In this document: positions 45,773 through 55,988 of the stretch, piece by piece
Layout: each line of letters opens with the position of its first letter
How positions within the stretch are numbered: position 1 is the first letter of the stretch
Assembly (NCBI GenBank): GCA_038058635.1
Contig: JBBUAP010000001.1
Coordinates: forward strand, 197,190-261,189
Reading direction: 5' to 3'
DNA length: 64,000 nucleotides
Source of the DNA: Patescibacteria group bacterium
GTDB lineage: Bacteria > Patescibacteriota > UBA1384 > 2-12-FULL-50-11
Translations under genes and position numbers: made by a program
The notes under the pieces: model-generated
What the model saw: the letters and a program-made list of their open reading frames with translations, nothing else
The model's database searches: none
What the model was told of the DNA's origin: nothing

Positions 45773-47266
45773 ATGCGCTGGGCGAACTTTCTCCACATCT
45801 ACCAACCGGCCGATCAGCAGCCCGATATTCTTGAAGCCATTGTCACCCAAAGTTACCGTCCTTTACTCGAAGGAATTCGTCGCCATCCTCGTGTTCGTCT
45901 GACTTTAAATGTCAGCGCCGCCTTGCTCGAACTTTTTGACCACTTCGGTTATTCAGATCTCATTGACGACCTCCGCACACTTGGTCGAGAAGGCCGAGTG
46001 GAATTCACTGGCACCGCCAAGTATCATACTTTCTTGCCACTATTGGAGGAAGATGAGATTCGTCGCCAGATAATTATCAACAATGAGGCAACAAAACATT
46101 TTCTGGGTGACGCGTATCAGCCGAAGGGATTTTTTCCACCAGAGATGGGCTATCAGGCTAACCTGCCGAAAATCTTGGCAGAGTTGGGATTCGAATGGGT
46201 GATCCTTGATGAAATTGCCCTCGGGACTCAGCCGGATATGGTAGATTACACAAAAACTTACACTATCGAGGGGACTAAATTGGGTGTTTTCTTCCGTCAG
46301 CGCCGAACCAGCAATATGATTATGAGCGCTTTAGTCCGCTCACCCGAGTCATTTGCGGAGGCGATGGAAGAAGATCTGAAATCTGATCGTTACTTGCTTA
46401 CCGGTATGGATGGCGAGACTCTCGGTCATCACCGTCCGGGGATGGAAAAAATATTCTTCGAGTTATTGGAGATTCCTGCTATTGAGCCGGTAACGGTCTC
46501 TGACTTACTGCGAATCTATCCCGAAACGGTTGCCGTTACGCCGGTGGCGTCGACTTGGGCATCAAGCCCCGAAGACATTAAGAGAAATGTCCAATTTTTG
46601 TCTTGGCACGATCCGGAAAACCCGATTCACGGCTGGCAGTGGGAATTTGTCGCCCTAGTTTTGAAGGAATTTAGGATGCTCGACCAGAGTAACCCCGCTT
46701 GGACAACCGTTCGTCAGAAGCTCGATCAAGCTCTGGCGTCTGACCACTTTTGGTGGGCGTCGGCTAAGCCCTGGTGGGGATTGGAGATGATTGAGGTTGG
46801 CGCTTATCATTTGCTCGATATAATCGAAACTATTCCCGATGTTGACACGAGTACAATTGATCAAGCCCGTCATTACTACGACCAGATTGTTTCGACGGCC
46901 TTTCAGTGGCAACGATCAGGAAAGATTCGCCAAATGACCAAAGAGCAACAACTCTCCCACCGGATTCCCCTTAAAGATCGGACCGTAGGCAAAGGCGGGG
47001 CCGAAGCTGGTGTGTATGAAGCTTTTGTAGCGATGATGCGGGAACGTGAAAAAGTCGCCACTACTGCTGGGGAGTATGAGAAGGCGATATTGTGGCGAGA
47101 TGCCGTCTATAAACTCGAGAATGGCTGGGATATTTACGATTCGATCAATGTCATTGACTTACTCCGGATCGAAATACCTAACCAAGAAGTCGAGAAGACT
47201 ATTCGGGCCTATAAAGACCGTTACTACCAAATCCGTGGCGGCCAACCAGAGCAACGCGGGAGCTAG
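45773..47266 (+). CDS. GH57-family alpha-glucan-active enzyme (amylopullulanase/branching-enzyme type)
   Basis: LHIYQP (GH57 region I, the H-Q-P motif), YHTFLP, and PPEMGY acidic catalytic-region candidates. Confidence 0.7.
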   Translation: MRWANFLHIYQPADQQPDILEAIVTQSYRPLLEGIRRHPRVRLTLNVSAALLELFDHFGYSDLIDDLRTLGREGRVEFTGTAKYHTFLPLLEEDEIRRQIIINNEATKHFLGDAYQPKGFFPPEMGYQANLPKILAELGFEWVILDEIALGTQPDMVDYTKTYTIEGTKLGVFFRQRRTSNMIMSALVRSPESFAEAMEEDLKSDRYLLTGMDGETLGHHRPGMEKIFFELLEIPAIEPVTVSDLLRIYPETVAVTPVASTWASSPEDIKRNVQFLSWHDPENPIHGWQWEFVALVLKEFRMLDQSNPAWTTVRQKLDQALASDHFWWASAKPWWGLEMIEVGAYHLLDIIETIPDVDTSTIDQARHYYDQIVSTAFQWQRSGKIRQMTKEQQLSHRIPLKDRTVGKGGAEAGVYEAFVAMMREREKVATTAGEYEKAILWRDAVYKLENGWDIYDSINVIDLLRIEIPNQEVEKTIRAYKDRYYQIRGGQPEQRGS

Positions 47267-47272
47267 GAAGTT

Positions 47273-48133
47273 ATGACTAAGTTGGTTTTTACGCCGGGCT
47301 TGAAATCTAAGCTGAAGGACCTTCTTGGGAGCAACATCGTCAAGGTCGATTACGAGTCTCCAGTTACTGATACGGCGCTGGTTGCAAAGCTGACATTAGC
47401 AGACGGTCGGAAGGTACGATACAATTCTCGTCCCGGACAATCTGGAGTTACCACCTACGAATTGCCAAAATACCTAAGTCAGTTCAACCTTACTAGGGAC
47501 AAAACAGCAATTCTCGAGCCTATAGCTTTCATGTCTGACGAGCAAGCCATCATTTACCCACACATCGAAGGTAATACCTTAAAAAAATTATTTCCCGATG
47601 TAGCAGTAGATCCTTGGTTCGTTAGAATGGGTCAGTTACTGCGCGCGATTCACAATGCTCCGCCACCCGAATTTCTAGATAGAGTTTCCGCGGAAGATAT
47701 ACTGAAGCCGCTGATAGCTAAGGGTTTTGAGACTGCAAATACAGCACAATTAGTTAAACTGCTTGAAGGGGTGCCTCTTGATAACGTCTGCCATGGCGAT
47801 CCTGACCCATGCAATTGGCTGGTAGACGAAGATTCCGACCTTCTAACACTGATCGATTTTTCAGACGCCGGAAGATCAAGTGCAATGCACGATATCGCTA
47901 TTCTCTTATGCCACTCACGTCTTTCTGGCGCACCGGCTAACTTTGAGGAAGCTTTTTGGTCCGGCTACGGTCCAATTGATCAAGATGTGCAACACTATTT
48001 GAAGCTTTGGTTGGGTGTGGTTTACTTACGTAATGCTTACTACATTGAAACCTGGATTCCAGCTGGTGATCCCAAAAAGCCGAAGTTGATGAGCGAGCGC
48101 CTGGGTATGGCAGAAGAGTTAATGAAACAATGA
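47273..48133 (+). CDS. APH/ChoK-fold phosphotransferase (sugar kinase-like, possible maltokinase)
   Basis: Brenner motif HGDPDPCN and IDFSDAG (DFx). Positioned inside the alpha-glucan cluster. Confidence 0.55.
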   Translation: MTKLVFTPGLKSKLKDLLGSNIVKVDYESPVTDTALVAKLTLADGRKVRYNSRPGQSGVTTYELPKYLSQFNLTRDKTAILEPIAFMSDEQAIIYPHIEGNTLKKLFPDVAVDPWFVRMGQLLRAIHNAPPPEFLDRVSAEDILKPLIAKGFETANTAQLVKLLEGVPLDNVCHGDPDPCNWLVDEDSDLLTLIDFSDAGRSSAMHDIAILLCHSRLSGAPANFEEAFWSGYGPIDQDVQHYLKLWLGVVYLRNAYYIETWIPAGDPKKPKLMSERLGMAEELMKQ

Positions 48134-49509
48134 AAGTCGCTTTTATCGCCAGTGAATGCACCCCGCTAGCTAAGGTTGGTGGCTTGGGTGATGTCATCGG
48201 CGCTTTGCCAAAAGCTTTGGCTGAATTAGAGGTTGAGCCAATTATTCTGCTGCCCTACTACCGATCGATCGAAAAATACAAACCAACCAAGACCGATATA
48301 GAGCTCGAAACTACTGACGGTGATGGCAAAATAATTTGGTCGGTTTTCGAAACTGTTTTGCCGGAAACTGCCATCAGAGTCTTACTTTTACGACATCCTG
48401 ATTTTTGGATTGACGAAGTTTATGACTCGCCTAACGACCCCTTTCGTTTCGCGTCTTTCAGTATCGCCGCCGCCGCCCTTGCCCAGAAACTCAAGGTTAA
48501 TGTTGTCCACTGCCACGACTGGCACACGGCTTTGGCGTCGGTCGTACTCAAGGGTCGAGGGATTCCGACAGTAATTACCATTCATAATGTCCATCCAGGT
48601 ACGGGTCTAGACCAGATCTCCTCCGAACAACTCGGCACTCTAGGCATCGATACGACCAAGCTCGCCGCCGCTAAAGATGATCGGTCGAACTCATTTAGTT
48701 TGCTTGCCCAAGGTGTTGCCGCCGCCAATTTTATTACCACTGTCAGCCCGACCCACGCTGAAGAAATCAAAGCCGAAGCATTTGGCGGATCGCTGGCTGA
48801 ACTTTTTCGCCGACGATCAAAAGATCTCGAGGGCATCGTTAACGGCATCGATGTTGAAGTTTTTAATCCGGTCACCGATTCCAACATCGCTGAGAACTAT
48901 TCAGCCGAAAATCTTACTGGCAAGACGGCTTGTCGACAGGATTTGGAGCGCGCTGTTGGTTGGGAGCACTCCGACGCTCCGATCCTTGGTGTCGTCACCC
49001 GACTAACCAACCAGAAGGGGTTGGATCTAATTGCCTCAATCCTCCCAGATTTGGCGGCTGCCGGAACGAGGGTGATTATTCTTGGCACCGGAGAAGAGGC
49101 GATCGAAAGTAAGCTGACCAATTTAGCGGCGAAGTATGCCGATAATCTGAAAGCCCTGCTGCGCTTCGATGCCGTTTTAGCTCAAAAAATTTACGCCGGG
49201 TCAGACATGTTTTTGATGCCGTCGCGTTTTGAGCCTTGCGGATTAGGCCAGATGATCGCTATGCGCTACGGTACTCTGCCCGTCGTTAATAAAACCGGTG
49301 GTCTGGCCGATACTGTCATCGATAACCAAACGGGGTTCGTCTTAGAGCCGTTGTCGGCGAAGAATTTACTTACAACTATTGAGCGCGCTCTGGCTGTCTG
49401 GCACGACCACTCTAGCTGGCGAACGATGCAACTGACGGCGATGAAACAGGATTTTTCCTGGACCAAATCAGCCAAGCGCTATATCGAGATCTACAAAAAG
49501 TTGGTCTAG
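48130..49509 (+). CDS. second GlgA-like glycosyltransferase (GT5/GT4 glycogen synthase paralog)
   Basis: KVGGLGDV motif. Start overlaps the upstream stop (ATGA). Confidence 0.8.
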   Translation: MKVAFIASECTPLAKVGGLGDVIGALPKALAELEVEPIILLPYYRSIEKYKPTKTDIELETTDGDGKIIWSVFETVLPETAIRVLLLRHPDFWIDEVYDSPNDPFRFASFSIAAAALAQKLKVNVVHCHDWHTALASVVLKGRGIPTVITIHNVHPGTGLDQISSEQLGTLGIDTTKLAAAKDDRSNSFSLLAQGVAAANFITTVSPTHAEEIKAEAFGGSLAELFRRRSKDLEGIVNGIDVEVFNPVTDSNIAENYSAENLTGKTACRQDLERAVGWEHSDAPILGVVTRLTNQKGLDLIASILPDLAAAGTRVIILGTGEEAIESKLTNLAAKYADNLKALLRFDAVLAQKIYAGSDMFLMPSRFEPCGLGQMIAMRYGTLPVVNKTGGLADTVIDNQTGFVLEPLSAKNLLTTIERALAVWHDHSSWRTMQLTAMKQDFSWTKSAKRYIEIYKKLV

Positions 49510-49991
49510 GCCGGAAGCATAAAGACTTGGCTTAAAGCGATTGCCACCGCGTCGGCGGCGTCGTCGCCGAGTTTCTTTTTTTCGTCGACACTAAAATAGT
49601 GACGAACGAAATTCTGAACATCTTTTTTCTTGGCTTTGCCGTTGCCGAGCAAGACTTTTTTTAAGCGCAGCGGGGCAATTTCCACAATCTCAATGTTGGC
49701 CTGTTGGGCGGCCAGCAGGACCACCCCGCGGGCCTGACCAACGGCAAATGCCGTCTTAGCGTTGTTGGCAAAGAAAATCATCTCGATGGCAATCAGATCC
49801 GGCTTAATTTCGTTAAAGCGCTTGACCATCTCGTAGTATATAAAGGAAAGCTTCTGCGGCTCCGGCGAATTGGGCGTGGTGACGATGCAGTCGTAATGAA
49901 TTAGATTCGGCTTGCCGCCGATAATCTCAATCAACCCCAAGCCCAGTCTCCCCGACCCCGGGTCAATCCCCAAAATTCTTTTCCCCCTCAT
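49506..49991 (-). CDS. ruvC: crossover junction endodeoxyribonuclease RuvC
   Basis: ILGIDPGSGRLGLGL N-terminal motif and RNase H-like fold. Confidence 0.9.
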   Translation of the reverse strand: MRGKRILGIDPGSGRLGLGLIEIIGGKPNLIHYDCIVTTPNSPEPQKLSFIYYEMVKRFNEIKPDLIAIEMIFFANNAKTAFAVGQARGVVLLAAQQANIEIVEIAPLRLKKVLLGNGKAKKKDVQNFVRHYFSVDEKKKLGDDAADAVAIALSQVFMLPA

Positions 49992-49998
49992 CGTTTAC

Positions 49999-50727
49999 TC
50001 ACCCTAACAGGTTTTCGGCGATTTCGAAGTTGCTGGCGACTCGCGTCACATCATCAAGCTCTTCCAACGCTTCCGCCAATTTGATAATTTTTTCCGCTAA
50101 TTTCTCATCGGTAATTGGGACGCTGGCGATGGGATGATACACAAAGCTAATGTCGTGACTCTCAAATCCAGTTTCCGCCAATTGGCGCCGAACATGCTCG
50201 AGCTCTTTCGGGTCGGTGTAAACAAAAACTTTTCCATCAGCGGTTTCAAAATCTTGGGCTCCGGCATCAATCGCCGCCAACTCCAACTCGTCTGGTCGGT
50301 CAGTTTCAAAGACAATTTGGCCTCGTCGTTTAAATAGATAGCCAACCGAACCCGATTCAGCCAATTTGCCGCCGTTCTTATTTAAGACCGCCCGAATGTC
50401 GCCAGTTGATCGATTATGATTGTCGGTGGCGGCCTCAATCAAAAAACCGGTTCCGCCCGGGCCGTAGGCCTCGAAGACAATCTCTTCCAGGTTGGCGGCG
50501 TCGCTACCCCTAGCTTTGTCAATCGCCCGTTCGATATTGTCCTTAGGCATATTAGCCCCGTGGGCTTGGTCGACGGCCACCCGTAATTGAAAATTCATAC
50601 CAGGGTCAGTACCGTGCCGAGCAGCCACCGTAATTGCTCGAGATAATTTACTAAAAACCGCCCCTCGTTTGGCGTCGGCCGCCCCCTTCTGATGTTTTAT
50701 TGAACTCCACTTGGAATGACCGCTCAT
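49999..50727 (-). CDS. yebC: YebC/PmpR family DNA-binding transcriptional regulator
   Basis: MSGHSKWSSIKHQKG N-terminus and the rest of the protein match the family closely. Confidence 0.9.
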   Translation of the reverse strand: MSGHSKWSSIKHQKGAADAKRGAVFSKLSRAITVAARHGTDPGMNFQLRVAVDQAHGANMPKDNIERAIDKARGSDAANLEEIVFEAYGPGGTGFLIEAATDNHNRSTGDIRAVLNKNGGKLAESGSVGYLFKRRGQIVFETDRPDELELAAIDAGAQDFETADGKVFVYTDPKELEHVRRQLAETGFESHDISFVYHPIASVPITDEKLAEKIIKLAEALEELDDVTRVASNFEIAENLLG

Positions 50728-50885
50728 TGTCTCGATTCTACTCTGAAAATCTCAGCCTAACCACCCCCAAATCCCGATTTCAAAACTAATCAGCTCCCAC
50801 TGTACCGTATGGGTTTAAACCCATACGAGAGACTATAATGTATCTCCGTGTGCGGAAGGATAGTGCGTTGTCAGACTGTCTACTA

Positions 50886-51785
50886 TCACAGGCTGGTTTG
50901 GTAGGAATAGCCCTCGGGGGTGATGTCGAAACGGATCGTGCCGGATTGGTCGGTGCGTAAGACCGGAATGCCGAGTTGCTGGAGATGTTCGAGCGTGATT
51001 TGGTGAGGGTGGCCGTAGCGATTATTCTGGCCGGCCGAGATAATAGCGACTTTCGGCGAGACCGCCTGCAAAAACGGTACCGACGAGCTGGTATTACTGC
51101 CGTGATGGCCAACTTTCAAGATATCGGCGTGTTTAACAATCCCCCGCGCTAGCATATTGGCTTCGTGTTCGCTTTCGGCGTCGCCTGTTAACATGGCGGT
51201 CGTTGGGCCGTACTGCCAGTAAGTGACGACGCTAGCGTCGTGAGGATTTTCCGGCGCCCGAGCGGCAAAACTTTCCAGCGGATAAAGGGTGATGCCAGTT
51301 AAACCACTGACAGTAAATGTTTTGCCGGCAGTGACATCGATGATTTTAATCTTTTTTTCCGCTACTAACGCCACAAATTTTTTATAGGTCGCCGAGTCGT
51401 AAGTAGCGCCCGAAATCCAAATTTCATCCACTTTATAGCGCTCCAACACGCTGTATATTCCCGAAAGATGGTCGGCGTGGTTGTGGGTGACGATGATCAG
51501 ATCAATCTCTTTGTCGGTCAGCGGCATTGCTTTGGAGAGTTGCGACAGAACCGAGGTGTTCGGTCCGCCGTCGATTAAAACTTGGTGTCCGTCGCTAGTG
51601 TCAAACAGAGCTGAATCGCCCTGGCCGACATCGAAAAACCATAGTCTTAAAGCGCTATCGCGCTCGGCCGCTTGAAATTGGGAGGTGCCAAAAGTAATAA
51701 GAAGCAAGGCGATAACGGCCAGAACAAATTGTAGCGCTTTGTTCTTCCCGAGAAAGCGGAGGTAGCCAGTGTCGCTAGCTGGCAT
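50886..51785 (-). CDS. comEC: ComEC C-terminal MBL-fold domain protein, encoded as a separate ORF
   Basis: HNHADHLSG metallo-beta-lactamase motif with its own N-terminal TM. The start was taken at the internal MPASD. Confidence 0.65.
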   Translation of the reverse strand: MPASDTGYLRFLGKNKALQFVLAVIALLLITFGTSQFQAAERDSALRLWFFDVGQGDSALFDTSDGHQVLIDGGPNTSVLSQLSKAMPLTDKEIDLIIVTHNHADHLSGIYSVLERYKVDEIWISGATYDSATYKKFVALVAEKKIKIIDVTAGKTFTVSGLTGITLYPLESFAARAPENPHDASVVTYWQYGPTTAMLTGDAESEHEANMLARGIVKHADILKVGHHGSNTSSSVPFLQAVSPKVAIISAGQNNRYGHPHQITLEHLQQLGIPVLRTDQSGTIRFDITPEGYSYQTSL

Positions 51786-52974
51786 CTTTTTCTTCGACGG
51801 CGAGTCGGTCAAACAAATCGTATTGCAGAGGCCGTCGGACATTGAGCCACTCCAACCCGCCGACAATAACGATCATCAATCCGGCAACAATCCACACCGG
51901 TAAAGTTAAATTAGTTGAAGCGAATTGCCAGCTTGCCAGTTTTTCGCTCGAAAAAATAATCCAAGTCAAAAGCGGCCAGCTGGCCAACATGATCGCATTG
52001 CCGATGACGGGAATAACCATCAACAGCGCGCCGATAATGCCGATCGTCATCACCAGCGGAACTAGCGGTAAAACCAAGATATTGGACAGCGGTGAAATCA
52101 CCGATAGTCGCTCAAAGTGAGCGATAATCAGCGGTGCGGTTAATAAAATCGCCGAGAAAGTTTCCGCTAATATATGTCGCAAAATCACTGGCAATTTTGT
52201 TCGCATCAGCAGGCGGTTTAGGTACGGCGAGAGGCGAACCAGCCCGTAAGTGGCGGCGACCGAAAGCTGGAAGCCAACATCGAAGATAATCTTCGGCTCG
52301 AACATCACCAAAACCGCCGCTGCAAATATCAAGATGTTGACCGCACGGCTGGGGCGACCCAAGTATTTCGCTAAAATGACCGTCAAGGCCATCGCCGCCG
52401 CCCGCAAGATCGAGGCCGGGGCACCGGTAATAATAACAAAGAGCAGAATCAGCGCTGACGATACCCAGAGAGCTTTACGGCCGATGAGCGGCCAGAAAAT
52501 ACTGGTAGTGTTGGCAGTCAAAATCGTTAAATTGTAGCCAGAGACGGCGATGATATGGGTTAAGCCGACGGCGCGGAAGATGTCGATCAAATCTTTATCG
52601 AGTTTAATTCGGTTGCCCAATAGGATGCCAGACATCAGTGAGCCGTGCGGCTCGGGCAGAGCCAGAGAAATTTTGTCGACGATCAGATCCCGCAAATTAC
52701 CCAGCGCACCTGCCAACTGGCCGATAACGGTTAGATTGAGCCAGACTTCGCCGGTAGTCACTTGCCACAGAAATGCCCCGAACGACAAGCCAAAAAGAGT
52801 AAAGGCGATGGTTTCGATCGGTTCGTCTTGGCCGCTCAAGGCAACTATTAGCCAGATGGCGGTGACCCAGCCGATAATTAAGCGATCGATTTCAAAGTAC
52901 GATCCGATCACCGCCCCAGCAATTACTGCCAGGCAAGTCAGAGCAAATTTTCGGGAAGGGGTTAGCCACTCCAT
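51775..52974 (-). CDS. comEC: ComEC/Rec2 competence-channel domain protein (membrane part)
   Basis: Multi-TM with HIIAVSGYNLTIL, the competence-domain signature. Confidence 0.7.
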   Translation of the reverse strand: MEWLTPSRKFALTCLAVIAGAVIGSYFEIDRLIIGWVTAIWLIVALSGQDEPIETIAFTLFGLSFGAFLWQVTTGEVWLNLTVIGQLAGALGNLRDLIVDKISLALPEPHGSLMSGILLGNRIKLDKDLIDIFRAVGLTHIIAVSGYNLTILTANTTSIFWPLIGRKALWVSSALILLFVIITGAPASILRAAAMALTVILAKYLGRPSRAVNILIFAAAVLVMFEPKIIFDVGFQLSVAATYGLVRLSPYLNRLLMRTKLPVILRHILAETFSAILLTAPLIIAHFERLSVISPLSNILVLPLVPLVMTIGIIGALLMVIPVIGNAIMLASWPLLTWIIFSSEKLASWQFASTNLTLPVWIVAGLMIVIVGGLEWLNVRRPLQYDLFDRLAVEEKDAS

Positions 52975-53037
52975 GGTCGAAACTTAACAGAATTTAACCT
53001 GGACGCAAACCTTGTTTGGCGGTAAACTGGTGTCAAT

Positions 53038-53547
53038 ATGGCCAAGAAACCAACCAGTCCAAAACTAACCCACTTCGAAAAAGAACTAGCCGCGGAGCAC
53101 GAGGCCAAGCTGCGCCTGGCGGCGGAGTACGCTAACTACCAAAAACGAGTTGAGGTTGAAAAGGATGCCTTAAGAAAGCACGCCAGTCGCGACTTGCTGG
53201 AAAAACTTTTCCCCATTTTTGATAATTTTTACCGGGCCAGTACACATGCGCCGGAAGTCAGTTTGGAAGATCTGCCAAATCTGACCGAAAGCGATTACCA
53301 GAAAATCTTTAACTATTTTTCTGGCCTGCGTTTGATTGAAAAACAGCTCGAACAAGTTTTGGGCGAAGCCGGACTAAAGCGGATTCCGACTGCTGACCAA
53401 CCATTTGATCACAATCTCCACGAAGCCATCTCTCACGAACCCAGCGTCGAAGTCCCGGCCGATCATATCATTGCTGAAATCGAAGCCGGCTGGACAATCG
53501 ACGACACGGTTATTAAACCCGCTAAAGTCCGGGTTTCCAAAGGGTAG
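53038..53547 (+). CDS. grpE: nucleotide exchange factor GrpE
   Basis: Coiled-coil N-terminus and the C-terminal beta domain PFDHNLHEAI...IKPAKVRV. Confidence 0.85.
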   Translation: MAKKPTSPKLTHFEKELAAEHEAKLRLAAEYANYQKRVEVEKDALRKHASRDLLEKLFPIFDNFYRASTHAPEVSLEDLPNLTESDYQKIFNYFSGLRLIEKQLEQVLGEAGLKRIPTADQPFDHNLHEAISHEPSVEVPADHIIAEIEAGWTIDDTVIKPAKVRVSKG

Positions 53548-53809
53548 GGTAGTTTTGGCCCGGCGGATGCCGGGCCGTTCGGGATGTGACCGGAGATCGG
53601 AAAGGCTGGGTCGTGGATGCAGGTTGGATCGTTCGGTTAGCTCGCGAGCGAAGCGATCAGCTTCTTCCATTGCCGCCAGTAACTTAGTGACATTTTCCGG
53701 CACTTCCAGCCAGGCCTTCACCCGAGTCACTACTTCTTCGGTCGATAGCTTCGTTGGTTCATTGGGCATGATCTGCCTCCTCGTGTCCTAGACTAGCACT
53801 TTCCCGTCC

Positions 53810-53849
53810 TTGACAAAATGTAAAGCGTCCTTTACATTTGTTGTATGAT
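53810..53849 (+). promoter_or_regulatory. dnaK promoter (TTGACA-N17-TACATT) overlapped by palindromic operator AATGTAAAG-cgtc-CTTTACATT
   Basis: Read directly. A perfect 9-bp inverted repeat with a 4-bp spacer sits between the -35 and across the -10. It is not CIRCE and not HAIR. Confidence 0.55.
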
Positions 53850-53875
53850 ATTCAAAACAAAGGAGGAACTCTAAT

Positions 53876-55804
53876 ATGGCAAAAATTATTGGAATTGATC
53901 TAGGTACAACTAACTCGGCTTCAGCTGTTATTGAAGGCGGCAAAGCCAAAATGATCCCGACCGCTGAAGGCGGCAATCTGGTGCCGTCGATTGTGGCGGT
54001 CAACAAAAAAGGCGAACGCCTCGTCGGCACGCTGGCCAAGCGCCAGTCTGTTACCAACCCCGAAAACACTGTTTACTCCATCAAGCGCGTCATGGGTCGC
54101 AAGTTCGAGGACGAAGAAGTCCAGCGCGACATCAAGCTGATGCCGTACAAAATCGTCAAAGCTAACGGCGGCGTCAAAGTCACCATTGGCGATAAAGATC
54201 AAACCCCCCAGGAAATCTCCTCAATGATCCTCGCCAAGATCAAAGCCGATGCCGAAGCCTACCTCGGCGAAAAAGTCGACGGCGCTGTCATTACCGTCCC
54301 GGCCTACTTCAACGACTCCCAGCGCCAGGCCACCAAAGACGCGGGCACAATCGCCGGCCTCGACGTCAAACGCATTATCAACGAACCAACCGCCGCCGCT
54401 CTGGCTTACGGAATCAACAAAGAAGACAAAAAAGATCAGAAAGTCGCCGTTTACGACTTTGGTGGTGGAACATTTGACATCACCATCATCGAAATCGGCG
54501 AAGACAAAGGCGAATCCAGCTTCGAAGTCCTCTCCACTAACGGCGACACGCACTTAGGCGGTGACGATATCGACATTCAAGTCATGAACTGGATTGTCGA
54601 TGAATTCAAAACCAAAGAAGGGGTTGATTTGAAGGGTGACGCCATGGCGATGCAGCGCGTTAAAGAAGCAGCGGAAAAAGCCAAGATCGAACTCTCGCAA
54701 ACCCAAGAAGCCGAGATTAACCTGCCGTTTATCTCTGCTGATGCTGATGGTCCAAAGAACCTTCAGATGAATCTCTCCCGCGCCAAGTTGGAAAATTTGG
54801 TTGGCGATCTAGTCAAAAAAACCCAGGGCATCTCCGAGGCCGCCCTCAAAGATGCCAAACTGACCAAAGCTGACATCGACGAAGTAATTCTCGTTGGTGG
54901 TATGACTCGCATGCCGTTAATCCAGCAAATTGTCAAAGATGTTTTTGGCAAAGATCCGAGTAAAGGTGTCAACCCAGACGAAGCCGTTGCCTTAGGTGCG
55001 GCCATTAACGGCGGCGTGCTTTCCGGTGAAGTCAAAGACATTCTCTTGCTCGATGTCACCCCGCTGACACTGGGCTTGGAAACATTGGGTGGAGTAATGA
55101 CGCCGTTAATTGAGCGCAACACCACTATCCCCGCCTCCAAAACCGAAACCTTCTCGACTGCTAGCGACAATCAGCCTTCAGTTGAAATTCATGTTTTGCA
55201 GGGCGAACGACCGATGGCCGGCGACAACCGTACTCTGGGTAAATTCCATCTCGATGGTATTCCACCGGCTCCGCGTGGCGTCCCGCAAGTCGAAGTCACC
55301 TTCGATATCGACGCCAACGGCATTCTCAATGTCAAAGCCAAAGACAAAGCGACTTCCAAAGAGCAACACATCACCATTACCGCCAGCTCTGGTTTGTCCA
55401 AAGAAGAGATCGAAAAGATGAAAACCGAGGCCGAGGCCCATGCCGCCGACGACGCTAAGAAAAAGGAACTCGTCGAAGAGCGCAACGCTGCCGAAAACCT
55501 CATTCACCTCTCCGAAAAAACCCTCAAAGACGCTGGCGACAAGGTCAAGCCAGACGACAAGCGCGAAGTCGAAGACGCTGTTACCGCCGTCAAAGCCGTC
55601 ATCCACAACGACGACAAAGACAAAATCAAAGAGGGAGCGGAAAAACTAAGCGCCGCCCTCCAAAAAGTTGGCGCCGCGATGTATAAACAGAACGCTGCCG
55701 ACGCGCCAAAACCGGAAGAAGAGCTGCCAAAGGACGACGGCACCCCGGACACAAATGTGCCGGAAGAACCAAAGTCGGACGAGCCGAAAGAAGAAGCAAA
55801 GTAA
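53876..55804 (+). CDS. dnaK: molecular chaperone DnaK (Hsp70)
   Basis: [18 protein letters not shown], and the full-length Hsp70. Confidence 0.95.
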   Translation: MAKIIGIDLGTTNSASAVIEGGKAKMIPTAEGGNLVPSIVAVNKKGERLVGTLAKRQSVTNPENTVYSIKRVMGRKFEDEEVQRDIKLMPYKIVKANGGVKVTIGDKDQTPQEISSMILAKIKADAEAYLGEKVDGAVITVPAYFNDSQRQATKDAGTIAGLDVKRIINEPTAAALAYGINKEDKKDQKVAVYDFGGGTFDITIIEIGEDKGESSFEVLSTNGDTHLGGDDIDIQVMNWIVDEFKTKEGVDLKGDAMAMQRVKEAAEKAKIELSQTQEAEINLPFISADADGPKNLQMNLSRAKLENLVGDLVKKTQGISEAALKDAKLTKADIDEVILVGGMTRMPLIQQIVKDVFGKDPSKGVNPDEAVALGAAINGGVLSGEVKDILLLDVTPLTLGLETLGGVMTPLIERNTTIPASKTETFSTASDNQPSVEIHVLQGERPMAGDNRTLGKFHLDGIPPAPRGVPQVEVTFDIDANGILNVKAKDKATSKEQHITITASSGLSKEEIEKMKTEAEAHAADDAKKKELVEERNAAENLIHLSEKTLKDAGDKVKPDDKREVEDAVTAVKAVIHNDDKDKIKEGAEKLSAALQKVGAAMYKQNAADAPKPEEELPKDDGTPDTNVPEEPKSDEPKEEAK

Positions 55805-55826
55805 AAGCTCGGGAGTAGCGTAGAAA

Positions 55827-55856
55827 GCGGCGGGCTTATCAGCCCGCCGCTTTTGT
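55827..55856 (+). terminator. intrinsic terminator of dnaK
   Basis: GCGGCGGGCT-tatc-AGCCCGCCGC followed by TTTTGT. Confidence 0.75.
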
Positions 55857-55988
55857 AAGCACTGTTCGGTTAACCTGGGAAAGAGTAAAATATGAGCAAT
55901 GTCTGACGATCAAAATAACCAACTTCGAACTCAATTTTGGGAGGCTGCCAGAGGGTTAGTAGCAAGCCCTAGAAACATATAACAAATC

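Noticed and set aside
53374-53547. 3' portion of the minus-strand ORF antisense to grpE
   Set aside because: The overlapping GrpE C-terminus is canonical, so the antisense continuation is most likely a chance open frame. Only the intergenic 5' part, with its strong RBS, is kept as a low-confidence candidate in the findings.
53810-53849. CIRCE or HAIR heat-shock operator at the dnaK promoter
   Set aside because: Neither consensus is present. The palindrome found is a different sequence.
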